In this document: in pieces, positions 10,627-21,157 of the stretch
Layout: the number at the start of each line of letters is the position of its first letter
Numbering within the stretch: the stretch's first letter is position 1
Assembly (NCBI GenBank): GCA_030603385.1
Contig: JAUVXW010000013.1
Location: 21,629-85,628, forward strand
Direction of reading: 5' to 3'
Source of the DNA: Promethearchaeota archaeon
GTDB taxonomy: Archaea > Asgardarchaeota > Lokiarchaeia > Sigyniarchaeales > SOKP01
Length of the DNA stretch: 64,000 nt
Notes under the pieces: generated by a model
What the model was told of the DNA's origin: nothing
Database searches by the model: none
Seen by the model: only the letters and a program-made list of their open reading frames with translations
Translations under genes and position numbers: made by a program

Positions 10627-11071
10627 AGGCTTTTTCAAATGAAATATCAATTAAAATCTCATTCTTGTCTTTAGGATCTGAAAGCATTTCCTTTACCATT
10701 TTTTTCCCAATACAAAAGATTTCTTTTACAGCATTTAAACCTTTTCCAATTGGCATATCAGAAATTACGGTAATACTACTCTTATTTCTAATTTCCCATT
10801 CTCTTAAAGCTTTCAATGCTGTACCTTTCATAGCCAGCTCTGGTATGTTTATAAAATCACAGATAATTTTTGTTATCCCTCGAATTAACTTTGATTGTAC
10901 TTCTGAACATGTATCTTTTCTATAATCTTGTTCGATATTCTTAAGAGTTATTTCATCAAAATTTACTGTATATGAGAAAATAATCCTCAACTCCTTATTT
11001 TCTAAATATGATATCATATAATTGTTATTTAAACTTATATTAAAGCAAAATCCTTTATTTGTAAAGCTCAA
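10586..11071 (-). CDS. Hypothetical protein
   Basis: 161-aa ORF in an otherwise empty interval; start uncertain; no motif recognised. Confidence 0.5.
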   Translation of the reverse strand: MSFTNKGFCFNISLNNNYMISYLENKELRIIFSYTVNFDEITLKNIEQDYRKDTCSEVQSKLIRGITKIICDFINIPELAMKGTALKALREWEIRNKSSITVISDMPIGKGLNAVKEIFCIGKKMVKEMLSDPKDKNEILIDISFEKAFKFFLDYYYRNQG

Positions 11072-11213
11072 ATGGTCATCTAATATTTCGATCGATTTTT
11101 CGTCTATATCAACTTATTTAAACTCCTTTATTTTCATAGTTCTAGCGCGTCTTAAACTTAATATCTAAATTGATATATTAATTTCAAAAATCTTTTTAAA
11201 TCCTCTTTATTTA

Positions 11214-11981
11214 ATGTTTTTTATGAATTTAGAAGAAAAAATTAATCTAGCGGCTAAATGGATAGCTGAATCAGAAAGATTAGTTGTGTTTACGGGGGCA
11301 GGATGTTCAACGGGTAGCGGTATACCAGACTTTCGTGGGCCAGATGGTCTTTGGACTAGAAGAGATAAAGGTTTAGCGCCTAAAAAACCAAAAGTCCCTT
11401 GGGATCAAGCTAAACCGAACCCTAATCATTATGCTATTGCAGAGTTAATGGAAATGGGAAGGTTAAATTATCTCATTTCTCAAAATATAGATGGATTACA
11501 CGCTAAATCAGGTATTCCATTTGAAATGCTAGCCGAGCTTCATGGTAACCAATTCTTTATGAAATGCTTATCGTGCAATAAAAAAATGTTATTTGAGGAA
11601 GCAAAATGGGATAAGAAGATTTGGGGTCGAGGATTTAGAAAAGACCCAGTTCGAGAAGATCAGCCAACTTGTCCCCATTGTGGGGGAAGAATCATTAATA
11701 GCATAGTTGATTTTGGAGATCCTTTACCATATGATGAACTTCAAGAATCAATGATACGATCTCAAAATTCAGATGTGTTTTTAGTAATTGGATCATCGCT
11801 GGTCGTTACGCCAGCCGCTAATATGCCTGGTATTGCCAATCAGAATGGAGCAAAATTGATTATCATAAATAAAGGTGATACTCCTTATGATATGGTGACA
11901 GATATAAAATTTGACGATAAAATTGAAGACGTTCTCCCACCCATAATGGAAAAAGTAAAAGAAATGACAAAAAGTAGTTAG
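11214..11981 (+). CDS. cobB: Sir2-family NAD-dependent deacylase, paralog 1
   Basis: TGAGCSTGSGIPDFRG, SQNIDGLH, ELHG, two CxxC, GSSLVV. Confidence 0.93.
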   Translation: MFFMNLEEKINLAAKWIAESERLVVFTGAGCSTGSGIPDFRGPDGLWTRRDKGLAPKKPKVPWDQAKPNPNHYAIAELMEMGRLNYLISQNIDGLHAKSGIPFEMLAELHGNQFFMKCLSCNKKMLFEEAKWDKKIWGRGFRKDPVREDQPTCPHCGGRIINSIVDFGDPLPYDELQESMIRSQNSDVFLVIGSSLVVTPAANMPGIANQNGAKLIIINKGDTPYDMVTDIKFDDKIEDVLPPIMEKVKEMTKSS

Positions 11982-12078
11982 CGTATTTTTTTACTATTTA
12001 TTTATTACTATAATATTTCTTAATTTCATTACGACATGGTAATTATCTTTTTATAATCAAGATCGTTATTTTTATAAT

Positions 12079-12834
12079 ATGGACTTAAAAGATAAAATTG
12101 ATCTAGCGGCTAAATGGATAGCTGAGTCTAAAAGATTAGTTGTGTTTACCGGTGCAGGAATCTCCACTGAAAGTGGTATACCTGATTTTCGAGGACCTGA
12201 TGGATTGTGGACGAGAAGAGATAAAGGACTTCCTCCTCCTAAGAGCCCTCCCTGGGATCAGGTAAAACCAAACCCTGGACATTATGCAATTGTTGAATTA
12301 TTAAAAATGGGTAAATTGGATTATCTTATATCTCAAAATGTTGATGGTTTACATGCTAAATCTGGAGTTTCATTTGAAAAATTAGCCGAACTTCATGGAA
12401 ATATGTATTTCATGAAATGTTTAAGTTGCGGTAAGAAAATGTTGTTTGAAGAAGTTGGTTGGGATCAAGAAACTTGGGGGAAAGGATATAGGTCCAGCCC
12501 AGTCAAGAAAGGACAGCCACCGTGTCCCAATTGTGGGGAACGAGTTATTAATAGCATAGTCAATTTTGGTGATCCGTTACCAGAAGATGATTTATCTGAA
12601 TCCATAAGAAGATCTGAAAGAAGCGATGTTTTTTTTGTAGTAGGCTCCTCACTTGTGGTTGTCCCTGCTGCTAATATGCCATTATATGCAAAACAGCATG
12701 GTGCGAAATTAATAATTTTGAATAAGGGAGAGACTCCTTATGATGGAATAGCTGATTTAAGGTTTTCTGATCAAATCGGAGATGTGTTACCACCTATAGT
12801 TGAGAAAGTAAAACGATTGATGAATGTAGAATAA
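12079..12834 (+). CDS. cobB: Sir2-family NAD-dependent deacylase, paralog 2
   Basis: TGAGISTESGIPDFRG, SQNVDGLH, ELHG, two CxxC. Confidence 0.93.
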   Translation: MDLKDKIDLAAKWIAESKRLVVFTGAGISTESGIPDFRGPDGLWTRRDKGLPPPKSPPWDQVKPNPGHYAIVELLKMGKLDYLISQNVDGLHAKSGVSFEKLAELHGNMYFMKCLSCGKKMLFEEVGWDQETWGKGYRSSPVKKGQPPCPNCGERVINSIVNFGDPLPEDDLSESIRRSERSDVFFVVGSSLVVVPAANMPLYAKQHGAKLIILNKGETPYDGIADLRFSDQIGDVLPPIVEKVKRLMNVE

Positions 12835-12863
12835 TATCATTGAATCAAATTAATTTTTAACTT

Positions 12864-14573
12864 TTATTTTTTCCTTGCATAGATCTCTTTATTTCTATCA
12901 ATTTCTTTAAGAATTTTTCTTCCTTCTTTATTAAATAATGATAGATTTATTTCACTTTTTCTACTTAATGAACCTGTAAAAATTTCTTCTTGATTAGCAA
13001 ATATTATTATATTCTGACTTGCATACAACGGCGCAGCTCTTAAGATAATTCTATCTTTCCCTACTTCAAGGTCAAGATTAATCCTTTCCTTTTTTGATTT
13101 ACCGGTTCGATAAGTGGATAGATTAGTATATTGATCTGATCTAAATTTTGATTTTTTAGGTGCTATTGGATTAATTACAATATCTTGTCCAAATGAATAA
13201 ATTTCGAACTCTAATTTACGTGTTTTATAATCTCGTACTTCAACTACCGGACGAGCTAAATCTTTATCTCTAAATCCTGATGGAACTTTAACTGTCATTT
13301 TTATAACTAATACTGCAGAAATGTCACCACCCTCTATGAAGATTATTGTATCTATTATTGAAGGCAACATACCAAGTTCTATTCGACCCATAAACCTTTG
13401 GAGTGCATCTATTGCAGAAGAGGAGTGAACAACACCAACCATTCCTACACCAGACAAACGAAAATCAGCATATACTTCGAAATCTTTGGTAGTTCTTACC
13501 TCATCAAAAATTGTAAAGTCTGGTCTAACGAGTAGGAGAATATCAGCAGAATTTTCAAGACTTCCTTCTAATTTTGTATATTGAGTAATTTCTGGGCTTA
13601 CCTGTAAATCTCTCACACTTTCTAATGTTTTTACTACTTTATTTTGACTTAAATAAAAGTTTGCTAATGCGGCGCAAAATGTACTTTTTCCTGCTCCGGG
13701 AGATCCACATACTAAAATACCTTCTGCTGTTTCTAACCTGTTTTGTAATTTCGCATCAATTGAATAGTCAGATAGCTTCAAACTCACAAGTGGTCGAACT
13801 GCGGTAATCTCAACATCATTAGAAAAGGGAGGTCTTGTAATAACTATTCTAAATTCTCTTAGTTGAGCAACTACCGCTCCAATTTTCTCAATCTCAATAA
13901 AAGAGTGATCGTCTTCCCTTACATTCTCAATTACTTCAAGAGCAATATCTTCAATGAGCTTAGGTGTAATCACTTCATTATCAATTTTTTCTAATCGCCA
14001 ATTTCCGGGTGATCCTCTCTTCGCATAGGCAGGTAGATTCCTTTTGAGATGTACACTCATTGTCTTATCGTCAAAATAATCTAATAGTTTAAGAGAGAGA
14101 GCTTCTTTTGTTTTATGGATCCCTCTTTCTTTTACATAAAAAACATCTAACCCTTCAAAAATCCCTACATCACCCTGAATTCTATCAGCAGTTATTAATA
14201 CAGCGTTGTTTTTCAGTGTGGTTTCCCTTATCAGAGCATCAAGTTCTCCTCCTGGTGCCATTTTTATTTCTTCTCTAGTAGGACGTTTTCCTACTATTTC
14301 CAACTTTATTTTATTTTCTGCATTTAATTCACGTAATGATTTTAGAACATTTAAGCCAAAGAATCCAATTTCTTTATGGATATTTGTCCTATATTCAATT
14401 TCAGCAATAACAATGTTGGGAATTAAAATTTCTGGTTCTTCCCCTAACTCTCCATCTTCAATTAAATCAAGGATTAAACCGTTAAATATTACAGACGTGT
14501 CACAAACGAATTTATCTGATCGCTCCTTAACCAAACCCTCCCCGGGCGTTAATTTCCTTATATTATTCACCAT
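12864..14573 (-). CDS. PINA-type PIN-domain ATPase
   Basis: N-terminal PIN (VCDTSV), Walker A GSPGAGKST, FDEVR, GVGMVGVVH. Confidence 0.9.
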   Translation of the reverse strand: MVNNIRKLTPGEGLVKERSDKFVCDTSVIFNGLILDLIEDGELGEEPEILIPNIVIAEIEYRTNIHKEIGFFGLNVLKSLRELNAENKIKLEIVGKRPTREEIKMAPGGELDALIRETTLKNNAVLITADRIQGDVGIFEGLDVFYVKERGIHKTKEALSLKLLDYFDDKTMSVHLKRNLPAYAKRGSPGNWRLEKIDNEVITPKLIEDIALEVIENVREDDHSFIEIEKIGAVVAQLREFRIVITRPPFSNDVEITAVRPLVSLKLSDYSIDAKLQNRLETAEGILVCGSPGAGKSTFCAALANFYLSQNKVVKTLESVRDLQVSPEITQYTKLEGSLENSADILLLVRPDFTIFDEVRTTKDFEVYADFRLSGVGMVGVVHSSSAIDALQRFMGRIELGMLPSIIDTIIFIEGGDISAVLVIKMTVKVPSGFRDKDLARPVVEVRDYKTRKLEFEIYSFGQDIVINPIAPKKSKFRSDQYTNLSTYRTGKSKKERINLDLEVGKDRIILRAAPLYASQNIIIFANQEEIFTGSLSRKSEINLSLFNKEGRKILKEIDRNKEIYARKK

Positions 14574-15165
14574 TCTTTTCTTTGTTTAAAATTTGAAATT
14601 TCTTAACACTGTAATATATCGGCTTGCTTAAGCGATCTACTGTTGCTACGATTAAGTCTTTACGAGAACTTAAAGCTACTCGAGACATTTTATCCAAGTC
14701 TCTTAGCTCTATAGGGGCACCTTCAAATACGGGGAATATTAAAAATTTTGCAGTATCCTTTTCAAAATCAGCCCCTCTCTTATAAACACGAAATTCTATT
14801 CCATTTCCATACCCTGTTCTTACGATATACCCCCGTTTTCTTAAGTCCATGTATATAATGTATTTATGCCATAAGCGTTCGTCAAACTGAGTGAAATAAA
14901 TCAATAAACTTTCAAAATCGTGCAATCCTTTATTCTTATCATTATCTTCCCATAATAGTATTCTATTTCTTTCACTTAGGAGTAATATTTCAATAGCATT
15001 AAAAACTAAAATGTCTTGTTTATCACTATTTTGCTCAATAGTTCCAATATAAGAAGTATTATAAAATTCTTCTAATCCTTTACTATCACTGATAATAACT
15101 TTATCCTTTTTGATTATTCCCTCTAACTGAATCTTTTCAGTTTTCTCATTTGATTCTTCAGTCAT
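14563..15165 (-). CDS. endA: tRNA-intron endonuclease subunit (probably structural, non-catalytic)
   Basis: YMDLRKRGYIVRTG..G.EFRVY and RVALSSRK match EndA; the catalytic Tyr and His positions appear substituted. Confidence 0.85.
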   Translation of the reverse strand: MTEESNEKTEKIQLEGIIKKDKVIISDSKGLEEFYNTSYIGTIEQNSDKQDILVFNAIEILLLSERNRILLWEDNDKNKGLHDFESLLIYFTQFDERLWHKYIIYMDLRKRGYIVRTGYGNGIEFRVYKRGADFEKDTAKFLIFPVFEGAPIELRDLDKMSRVALSSRKDLIVATVDRLSKPIYYSVKKFQILNKEKNGE

Positions 15166-15362
15166 GTAATATTAATAAAAAATTCATAATAATTAATGAA
15201 TTTAACCCTTCTCTTCTTAATTTTAAAAAACAAGAAAAAAAGTAAAATGATTCATAAAAATAATTATCCCGTTTGTATTTATTTTTATTTAAGATAAGAT
15301 TATAAATTTGAGTGAGTATCTATTAATCATTCATTTCACATAAATAATGTTTACAGTTTGTT

Positions 15363-15932
15363 ATGAAGGAACTACTAAATAAAATATTAGATAAATTAAA
15401 GGATTCTTCAAAAATCGCTTTCATGGGCATAGGGGAAGAGAAATTAGCTGATGATGCAGTTGGAATTTACATAATCAGCGAGTTATTAAAATATTCAAAT
15501 GATAAATTCTTGTTTATTAATGCGGGTATTGATCCTATGAGTAGAATTGATGAGATTATAGATTTTCAATCATCTCATCTTGTTCTTTTAGATACTTGCA
15601 CTCTAGATAAACCACCAGGAACTATTGCAATAATAGAGCGTGAAAACATTCATGAATACGTTCCAATTTCATCACATACGATTCCAATTCATATTGTAAT
15701 TGATTTACTAGCTGAGAAATTACCAGATATAAATGTCTTTATGATCGGATTTGTACCTGAAAGTCTTGAGGGATTCACTCAATTAAAGCTATATAAAGAA
15801 AATGAGTTCTCTTTTGAAGAAAGGAGTGAGAATGAGGATCTACCTTTTTTTGATTTTAATCTAACAGATACTATTCAAAAAGCAGCAGAAAGCGTAATAA
15901 AGATTTTAAAGGATATAATTACCATATTGTAG
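15363..15932 (+). CDS. hycI: Hydrogenase maturation endopeptidase, HycI-like
   Basis: MGIGEEKLADDAVG, LVLLD, SSHTIP. Confidence 0.85.
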   Translation: MKELLNKILDKLKDSSKIAFMGIGEEKLADDAVGIYIISELLKYSNDKFLFINAGIDPMSRIDEIIDFQSSHLVLLDTCTLDKPPGTIAIIERENIHEYVPISSHTIPIHIVIDLLAEKLPDINVFMIGFVPESLEGFTQLKLYKENEFSFEERSENEDLPFFDFNLTDTIQKAAESVIKILKDIITIL

Positions 15933-15935
15933 TTT

Positions 15936-16133
15936 TTATTTTCCTTCCTCAGAAAGTTTCGAAATAAAATTCATAATTATTTCTATAACTTTGGTTACAT
16001 GTGCCTGTTCATCATGATTTAACTTATCTTTTAATTCTTCAAGAAATTCTATGACCTCATCAGCTTTTCTTATTTTTCTCAAATAATCAGAACCTTCTTT
16101 ATTAAGTGACCCTCCCCATACCATTATATACAC
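15936..16133 (-). CDS. Small hypothetical protein
   Basis: 65-aa helical ORF convergent on hycI. Confidence 0.5.
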   Translation of the reverse strand: MYIMVWGGSLNKEGSDYLRKIRKADEVIEFLEELKDKLNHDEQAHVTKVIEIIMNFISKLSEEGK

Positions 16134-16478
16134 TATATTTCAATAATTAATTAAATTAATATGAAAAATGAACATTATGAGTTTAAATAATTCATGAATA
16201 CTTAACTAATTAGTCATTCATCTAATTAAATAATCTTTCATTTATAGTTTTTTTATAAAAAATAGTCTAAAATCGAAATTTTAATGACTCTATAAACCAA
16301 GTTTTGTCTGAAAACATTTATTTTAGGTCAATTCTGAAAAAATGATATGTTGAAAATCAAACTAACACTTTCTATGAAATTATAACAATTCTATCTCATA
16401 ATTGCTATCTCAACTTAAGATTTTAATAAAAATTACATGAATTTTTAATAATATCTTTTTGAATTTAATACTTCTGAT

Positions 16479-16537
16479 AGTGTGTTTTCATGTAATAATT
16501 TTATAAATGAATTTTTGATAAAAATAACTAATCGTTT
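16479..16537 (+). promoter_or_regulatory. Upstream element shared by both FabK-like paralogs (second copy 17877-17936)
   Basis: agtgtgttttcatgtaa...ttataaa...ttttgataaaaataactaatc precedes both genes and contains a TATA-like TTATAAA. Confidence 0.75.
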
Positions 16538-16600
16538 AATTTAATAATTAAAGATTTATTTTATTAGAATTTGAACTGTTTTAAAATAGAGTGATTCGCT

Positions 16601-17653
16601 ATGGTAATAGAAACAAATATTACAAGTATGTTAGGGATTAAACATCCAATTCTAAGTGCTCCAATGGGACCTTTCTATACTACTAAATTAACAGTTGCCG
16701 TATCAGAAGCGGGAGGGTTAGGTGTTTTAAGCCATGTTACTATACATGGAACTGTAACTATAGATGAAATGAAAAAAAGTATGGAATATGTTGTAGAACA
16801 TACTGATAAACCTTTTGGATTTAATATAAGAACAGCTAGATTGCAACCAGATGCTATAAAACTTTGCAGACAACTTCCGAGATTTATTATGGAGAATCCA
16901 AAAATAAAAGAACAATGTGTTTATTTAATTACAAGTGCGGGTTCTCCAAGATTGATATATAATAAACACTTTGAAAAATTAAAAGAAAGTGGTTCAAACA
17001 TCAAACATTTCCATGTCGCACCTTCATTATATCTCGCTGAAAAATTGTTAAATAGTGGTGTCGATGGGCTGGTTATTACTGGAACTGAAGGTGGTGGGCA
17101 TCAATCATATGAAAACATAAGTACATTGGTGCTATTACAACAAATAAGAAAACATATACCAGAAGTTCCTATTATCGCCTCAGGGGGTTATGCTACTGGT
17201 GAAGGGTTAGCTTCTGCTTTATCTATGGGAGTGGGAGCTATTGCTATGGGTTCTAGATTTATTTCTTCTAAAGAATGTGAATTTCACGAAAATTATAAAA
17301 AAATGGTTGTTGAATCAACTGCTTCAGATACTGAGCTAATAACCGGGATTTTTGGACGCGCCAGGGTTTGGAAAAATAAAATGTCTGAAAAGCATAGCCT
17401 TGTTGAAAGTAAAGAAGAAAAGCAAGCTGAGGAGACTTCAATGTCAAAAATAGAAAGAGAGTTAGCTGATCTAGAAAAAACTTATGAAGGAAACATTGAG
17501 GAAGGTATAGCTTATTTAGGTCAAAGTGTCGAACTCATCGACAGCGTAGAATATGTGTCTGATATAATAAAAACTATTGTAAATGATGCTGAAAAGTGTT
17601 TAACAGCTGCTTTTAACAACATCAGAAAAATTCCAATTGAACAAATTGCTTAA
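16601..17653 (+). CDS. Nitronate monooxygenase / FabK-like flavoprotein, paralog 1
   Basis: PILSAPM, VSEAGGLG, GTEGGGH, IIASGG, MGSRF. Confidence 0.9.
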   Translation: MVIETNITSMLGIKHPILSAPMGPFYTTKLTVAVSEAGGLGVLSHVTIHGTVTIDEMKKSMEYVVEHTDKPFGFNIRTARLQPDAIKLCRQLPRFIMENPKIKEQCVYLITSAGSPRLIYNKHFEKLKESGSNIKHFHVAPSLYLAEKLLNSGVDGLVITGTEGGGHQSYENISTLVLLQQIRKHIPEVPIIASGGYATGEGLASALSMGVGAIAMGSRFISSKECEFHENYKKMVVESTASDTELITGIFGRARVWKNKMSEKHSLVESKEEKQAEETSMSKIERELADLEKTYEGNIEEGIAYLGQSVELIDSVEYVSDIIKTIVNDAEKCLTAAFNNIRKIPIEQIA

Positions 17654-17992
17654 ATTAGATTCTAATTATTCAAATTTTTTATTATTACAAATAACTGTCT
17701 TTTCCCCTCTGGGATATACACAACCTGAAATCCTTGAAACATAAGGTGTTCCATTATATCAGCTCAAGATGAAAATAAAGGGGAATCAATGAAAAACTTT
17801 AGAAATTGAAAGTATATGGAGATTAAATGATCTTAAGAAATTTTTATAATATCTCAAATATTTCAATAATTGTTAAAGTGTGTTTTCATGTAAAAACTTT
17901 ATAAAATAAACTTTTGATAAAAATAACTAATCATTTGATTTTATTTAAAGTTTTAATCTATTAAATTTTCGCAATAAGAAATGTGATCGAGA

Positions 17993-19027
17993 ATGGTTAT
18001 AGAAACGAATGTTACCAAGATGTTGGGCATTAAACACCCAATTTTAAGTGCCCCAATGGGTCCATTTTATACTACTAAGTTAACAGTCGCAGTATCGGAA
18101 GCTGGTGGTTTAGGTGTTTTAAGTCATATAAATTTAACTGGGAAAAATAGTTTGGATGAATTAAAAAAGGCTATGGAATACGTTGTTGAACACACAGAGA
18201 AAAATTTTGGTTTTAATATTAGAACTGCAAGATTACAACCCGATGCAATAAAGTTATGTAGACAAATTCCAAGGTTTATCATGGAAAATCCAAAAATAAA
18301 AGAGCAATGCACGTACTTGATTACCAGTGCTGGTTCTCCAAGATTGATATATAATAAACACTTTGAAAAATTAAAAGAAAGCGGTTCAAACATCAAACAT
18401 TTCCATGTCGCGCCTTCATTATATCTTGCTGAAAAGTGCGTAAATAGTGGTGTCGATGGGCTGGTTATTACTGGAAGTGAAGGTGGAGGGCACCAATCAT
18501 ATGAAAATATAAGCACATTAGTCCTATTACAACGAATTAGAAAGAAATTACCAGATGTCCCTATAATTGCGTGTGGAGGATATGCTACTGGTGAAGGTCT
18601 CGCTTCTGCTTTATCTATGGGAGTGGGTGCTATTGCGATGGGTTCAAGATTTATTTCATCAAAAGAGTGTCAATTTCATGATAATATTAAAAATGTTATT
18701 ATAAAATCAGAAGCATCTGATACTGAGTTAGTTACAGGTGTTTTTGGGCCTATAAGGGTCCTAATAAATGAATTTTCCCAAAAACATGGGCTTGTTTCTA
18801 ATAAAGCAGAGAAATTATCTGAAGAAACTTTAGCTTCAGAGATAGTTGATGAAGTAAAGCACTTGGAAATGTCTTACGAAGGAAACATCAAAGATGGCGC
18901 TGTTCTTTTAGGACAAAGTATTGGAATTATAGAAAATGTAGAAGGTGTATCAGATATTATTAATTCGATAGTCAATGATGCTGAAAAATGTTTAACAACT
19001 GCTTTTAACAACATATTGAACAAATAG
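17993..19027 (+). CDS. Nitronate monooxygenase / FabK-like flavoprotein, paralog 2
   Basis: Same motifs; colinear with paralog 1. Confidence 0.9.
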   Translation: MVIETNVTKMLGIKHPILSAPMGPFYTTKLTVAVSEAGGLGVLSHINLTGKNSLDELKKAMEYVVEHTEKNFGFNIRTARLQPDAIKLCRQIPRFIMENPKIKEQCTYLITSAGSPRLIYNKHFEKLKESGSNIKHFHVAPSLYLAEKCVNSGVDGLVITGSEGGGHQSYENISTLVLLQRIRKKLPDVPIIACGGYATGEGLASALSMGVGAIAMGSRFISSKECQFHDNIKNVIIKSEASDTELVTGVFGPIRVLINEFSQKHGLVSNKAEKLSEETLASEIVDEVKHLEMSYEGNIKDGAVLLGQSIGIIENVEGVSDIINSIVNDAEKCLTTAFNNILNK

Positions 19028-19315
19028 GTTAATAATCATTTTTATTGTATTCTTCTCTTTTTTATTAAATTTTTTTATTCAGGCAACCATCTACTTGATT
19101 TTTTTAGGGTATTAATATATAATCATCAAATTTTAAGGGAAATTATCCCCCTAATAAGGTTATTTTGAAGTAAATAAATTCTAGAATAAAAGTTTAAAAA
19201 TCAATTGTCCCATAAGTTATGTGAAAATCATTCAGAGTTACAGTTTCTTAACATTTATAAACTCAGCAAGAATATCCAAAAATTATCTAAATAACAAATT
19301 AATAACCAGGTCAAA

Positions 19316-19741
19316 ATGATCCAAGAGTTAATGATTATTAATAAGGCAGGTATAGCTTTATTTTATCATAATTTTGTAGATGTAAATAATTTCGATGATC
19401 AACAATCATTAGCAAGTTATTTTGATATTATTTGTCGTTTTACAAAAAACAGTTTTAAAGAAAGTTTAAGAATGTTAACTTTGGATAGCGTTATATTTTT
19501 CTTTTATACTCATAAATCTAATTATCACTTAGTTTTAAAATGTTTGAATAAAGAAATTAACAGAAAATTGTTAGAAGATGCTGCTGAAAGTATAATCGAA
19601 AGTTTTTTTAAAAAATATAGTGAGAAATTAAAAGATTTCAACGGAGAAGTCTCTCATTTCAAATCATTTGCGAAAATTGTTCAGGATATTGTCTCAACAA
19701 AATTAACAGATTTTAAGGAGGCTATTTCTGTAGAACACTGA
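19316..19741 (+). CDS. Longin-like small protein
   Basis: MIQELMIINKAGIALFYHNF start and FNGEVSHFKSF end resemble Asgard longin-fold proteins. Confidence 0.6.
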   Translation: MIQELMIINKAGIALFYHNFVDVNNFDDQQSLASYFDIICRFTKNSFKESLRMLTLDSVIFFFYTHKSNYHLVLKCLNKEINRKLLEDAAESIIESFFKKYSEKLKDFNGEVSHFKSFAKIVQDIVSTKLTDFKEAISVEH

Positions 19742-19858
19742 GGATAATATTAAATTATATGGAAAAAGATAAAAAAAAAAAATAAGAGAGAAAAATTAAA
19801 AGATGATTTAATGGAATTCTATATTATCAAAAGTTAGTTAATCTTTTGATCTATAGTC

Positions 19859-21157
19859 CTAAATTTCTTTGAGATGGTTTAATATTAAATCCCTTTTTTC
19901 ATTAATTACAAAGATATATGGTAATTCTTTCATGGATCTCGGTACTATTTCAGTTTCGAATAAATCAGTAAATCTATAAGTTTCATCATCGATCAAAATG
20001 TAAATATGGCTGGATTCACCAGGATTAAATGGCTTATACTTAGCAATCACAACATATAATTCATCCTCATTTAAAGAGAGTTGTGATTTTAATTTTTTCT
20101 CAAGGTCAAATTTTGCTTGAGCTAAAATATTATCTTGCTGATCTGGAGTTAAAATGTTTTTAAATTCAAAAGGTGTTTTCCAAAGTGGTTTTAAGTATTG
20201 TCTATTAAGAATTTGGTCAAAAAGCTTTTTTGTATGTTCATCCTTATTTTTATGTAATTTAAATAACGATATTATATCATTATCATCAATATGATCTTCA
20301 TTGATTGCTTTAAAAGAAAAATAATTGCTTTTAACACTAACATCTAATTCAATTAAATATTCAATAAAGCGTTGGATTAAACTGGTATAATAAGTGACTA
20401 CATGGTGATTGTAAACCCATCTAAACATGGCATTTCTTCCATATATTAAATTAGAAATAACACTAAGTGATTTAGAAGATAGTACTAATCTTTTATTGTG
20501 AATTACATAAGATTGAACTATTCTATCTGTATCTAAATTTATCCCATAAAATCCAGTCATTTTACTATCTCGTAGAATATAATCTAACTTGTCAACATCA
20601 ATATAGGAATTTAATAGACTAATAAGTGGATTAAATTCACTCCCTTCTAAATCCCTCTCATATTCAACTCCTAAAATCATTCTACAAAATAGTTCTTTAT
20701 CAATTTTCAATTTGGTAAATTCATCGTCAAAATTTCCTAACGCTACGATGCAACTCATCAGCTCATGAGGAGCAGATGTTAAATTATCAACATCAAAAGA
20801 AAATTGGTGTTCTTTTAATTTACTTTTACACTCATCTTCATCAAAAAAATCCTCGGTTGCATGGGAAAAAGGAGCATGTCCAATATCATGAAGTAGACAA
20901 GCATATTTTACAGTATTATCGAGATTAATATTATCTCTCGTAGGAAACTCCGAATTGATTAAACCAAAGATTTTAAACCCCAAATGCATAACACCTATCG
21001 AGTGTTCAAATCGGGAGTGTGTGGCATTAGGGTAAACTACATGAACGGATGTTTGTTTAATTCTTTTCAATCTTTGGAATAGTGGTGTATCAATAAATAA
21101 GAGATCATTCTCGTTTATCGATATATAACCGTGCGTTAAGTCTCTTATTATTTTCAT
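19859..21157 (-). CDS. HD-domain phosphohydrolase, SAMHD1/YwfO-like
   Basis: FQRLKRIKQ, HSRFEHSIG, LLHDIGHAPFSH, DVDKLDYILRD. Confidence 0.92.
   Translation of the reverse strand: MKIIRDLTHGYISINENDLLFIDTPLFQRLKRIKQTSVHVVYPNATHSRFEHSIGVMHLGFKIFGLINSEFPTRDNINLDNTVKYACLLHDIGHAPFSHATEDFFDEDECKSKLKEHQFSFDVDNLTSAPHELMSCIVALGNFDDEFTKLKIDKELFCRMILGVEYERDLEGSEFNPLISLLNSYIDVDKLDYILRDSKMTGFYGINLDTDRIVQSYVIHNKRLVLSSKSLSVISNLIYGRNAMFRWVYNHHVVTYYTSLIQRFIEYLIELDVSVKSNYFSFKAINEDHIDDNDIISLFKLHKNKDEHTKKLFDQILNRQYLKPLWKTPFEFKNILTPDQQDNILAQAKFDLEKKLKSQLSLNEDELYVVIAKYKPFNPGESSHIYILIDDETYRFTDLFETEIVPRSMKELPYIFVINEKRDLILNHLKEI

Noticed and set aside
11214-12834. Sir2 genes as anti-phage NADases (Thoeris/DSR type)
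   Set aside because: Both are short classical zinc-binding sirtuins with no partner defence domains.
17654-17876. Possible gene remnant or small ORF between the FabK-like paralogs
   Set aside because: Only ~30-codon frames with no recognisable similarity; cannot be supported without a search.
19739-19750. Selenocysteine readthrough at TGA stops
   Set aside because: The TGA checked here is followed almost immediately by another stop, and no selenoprotein family was recognised in the window.
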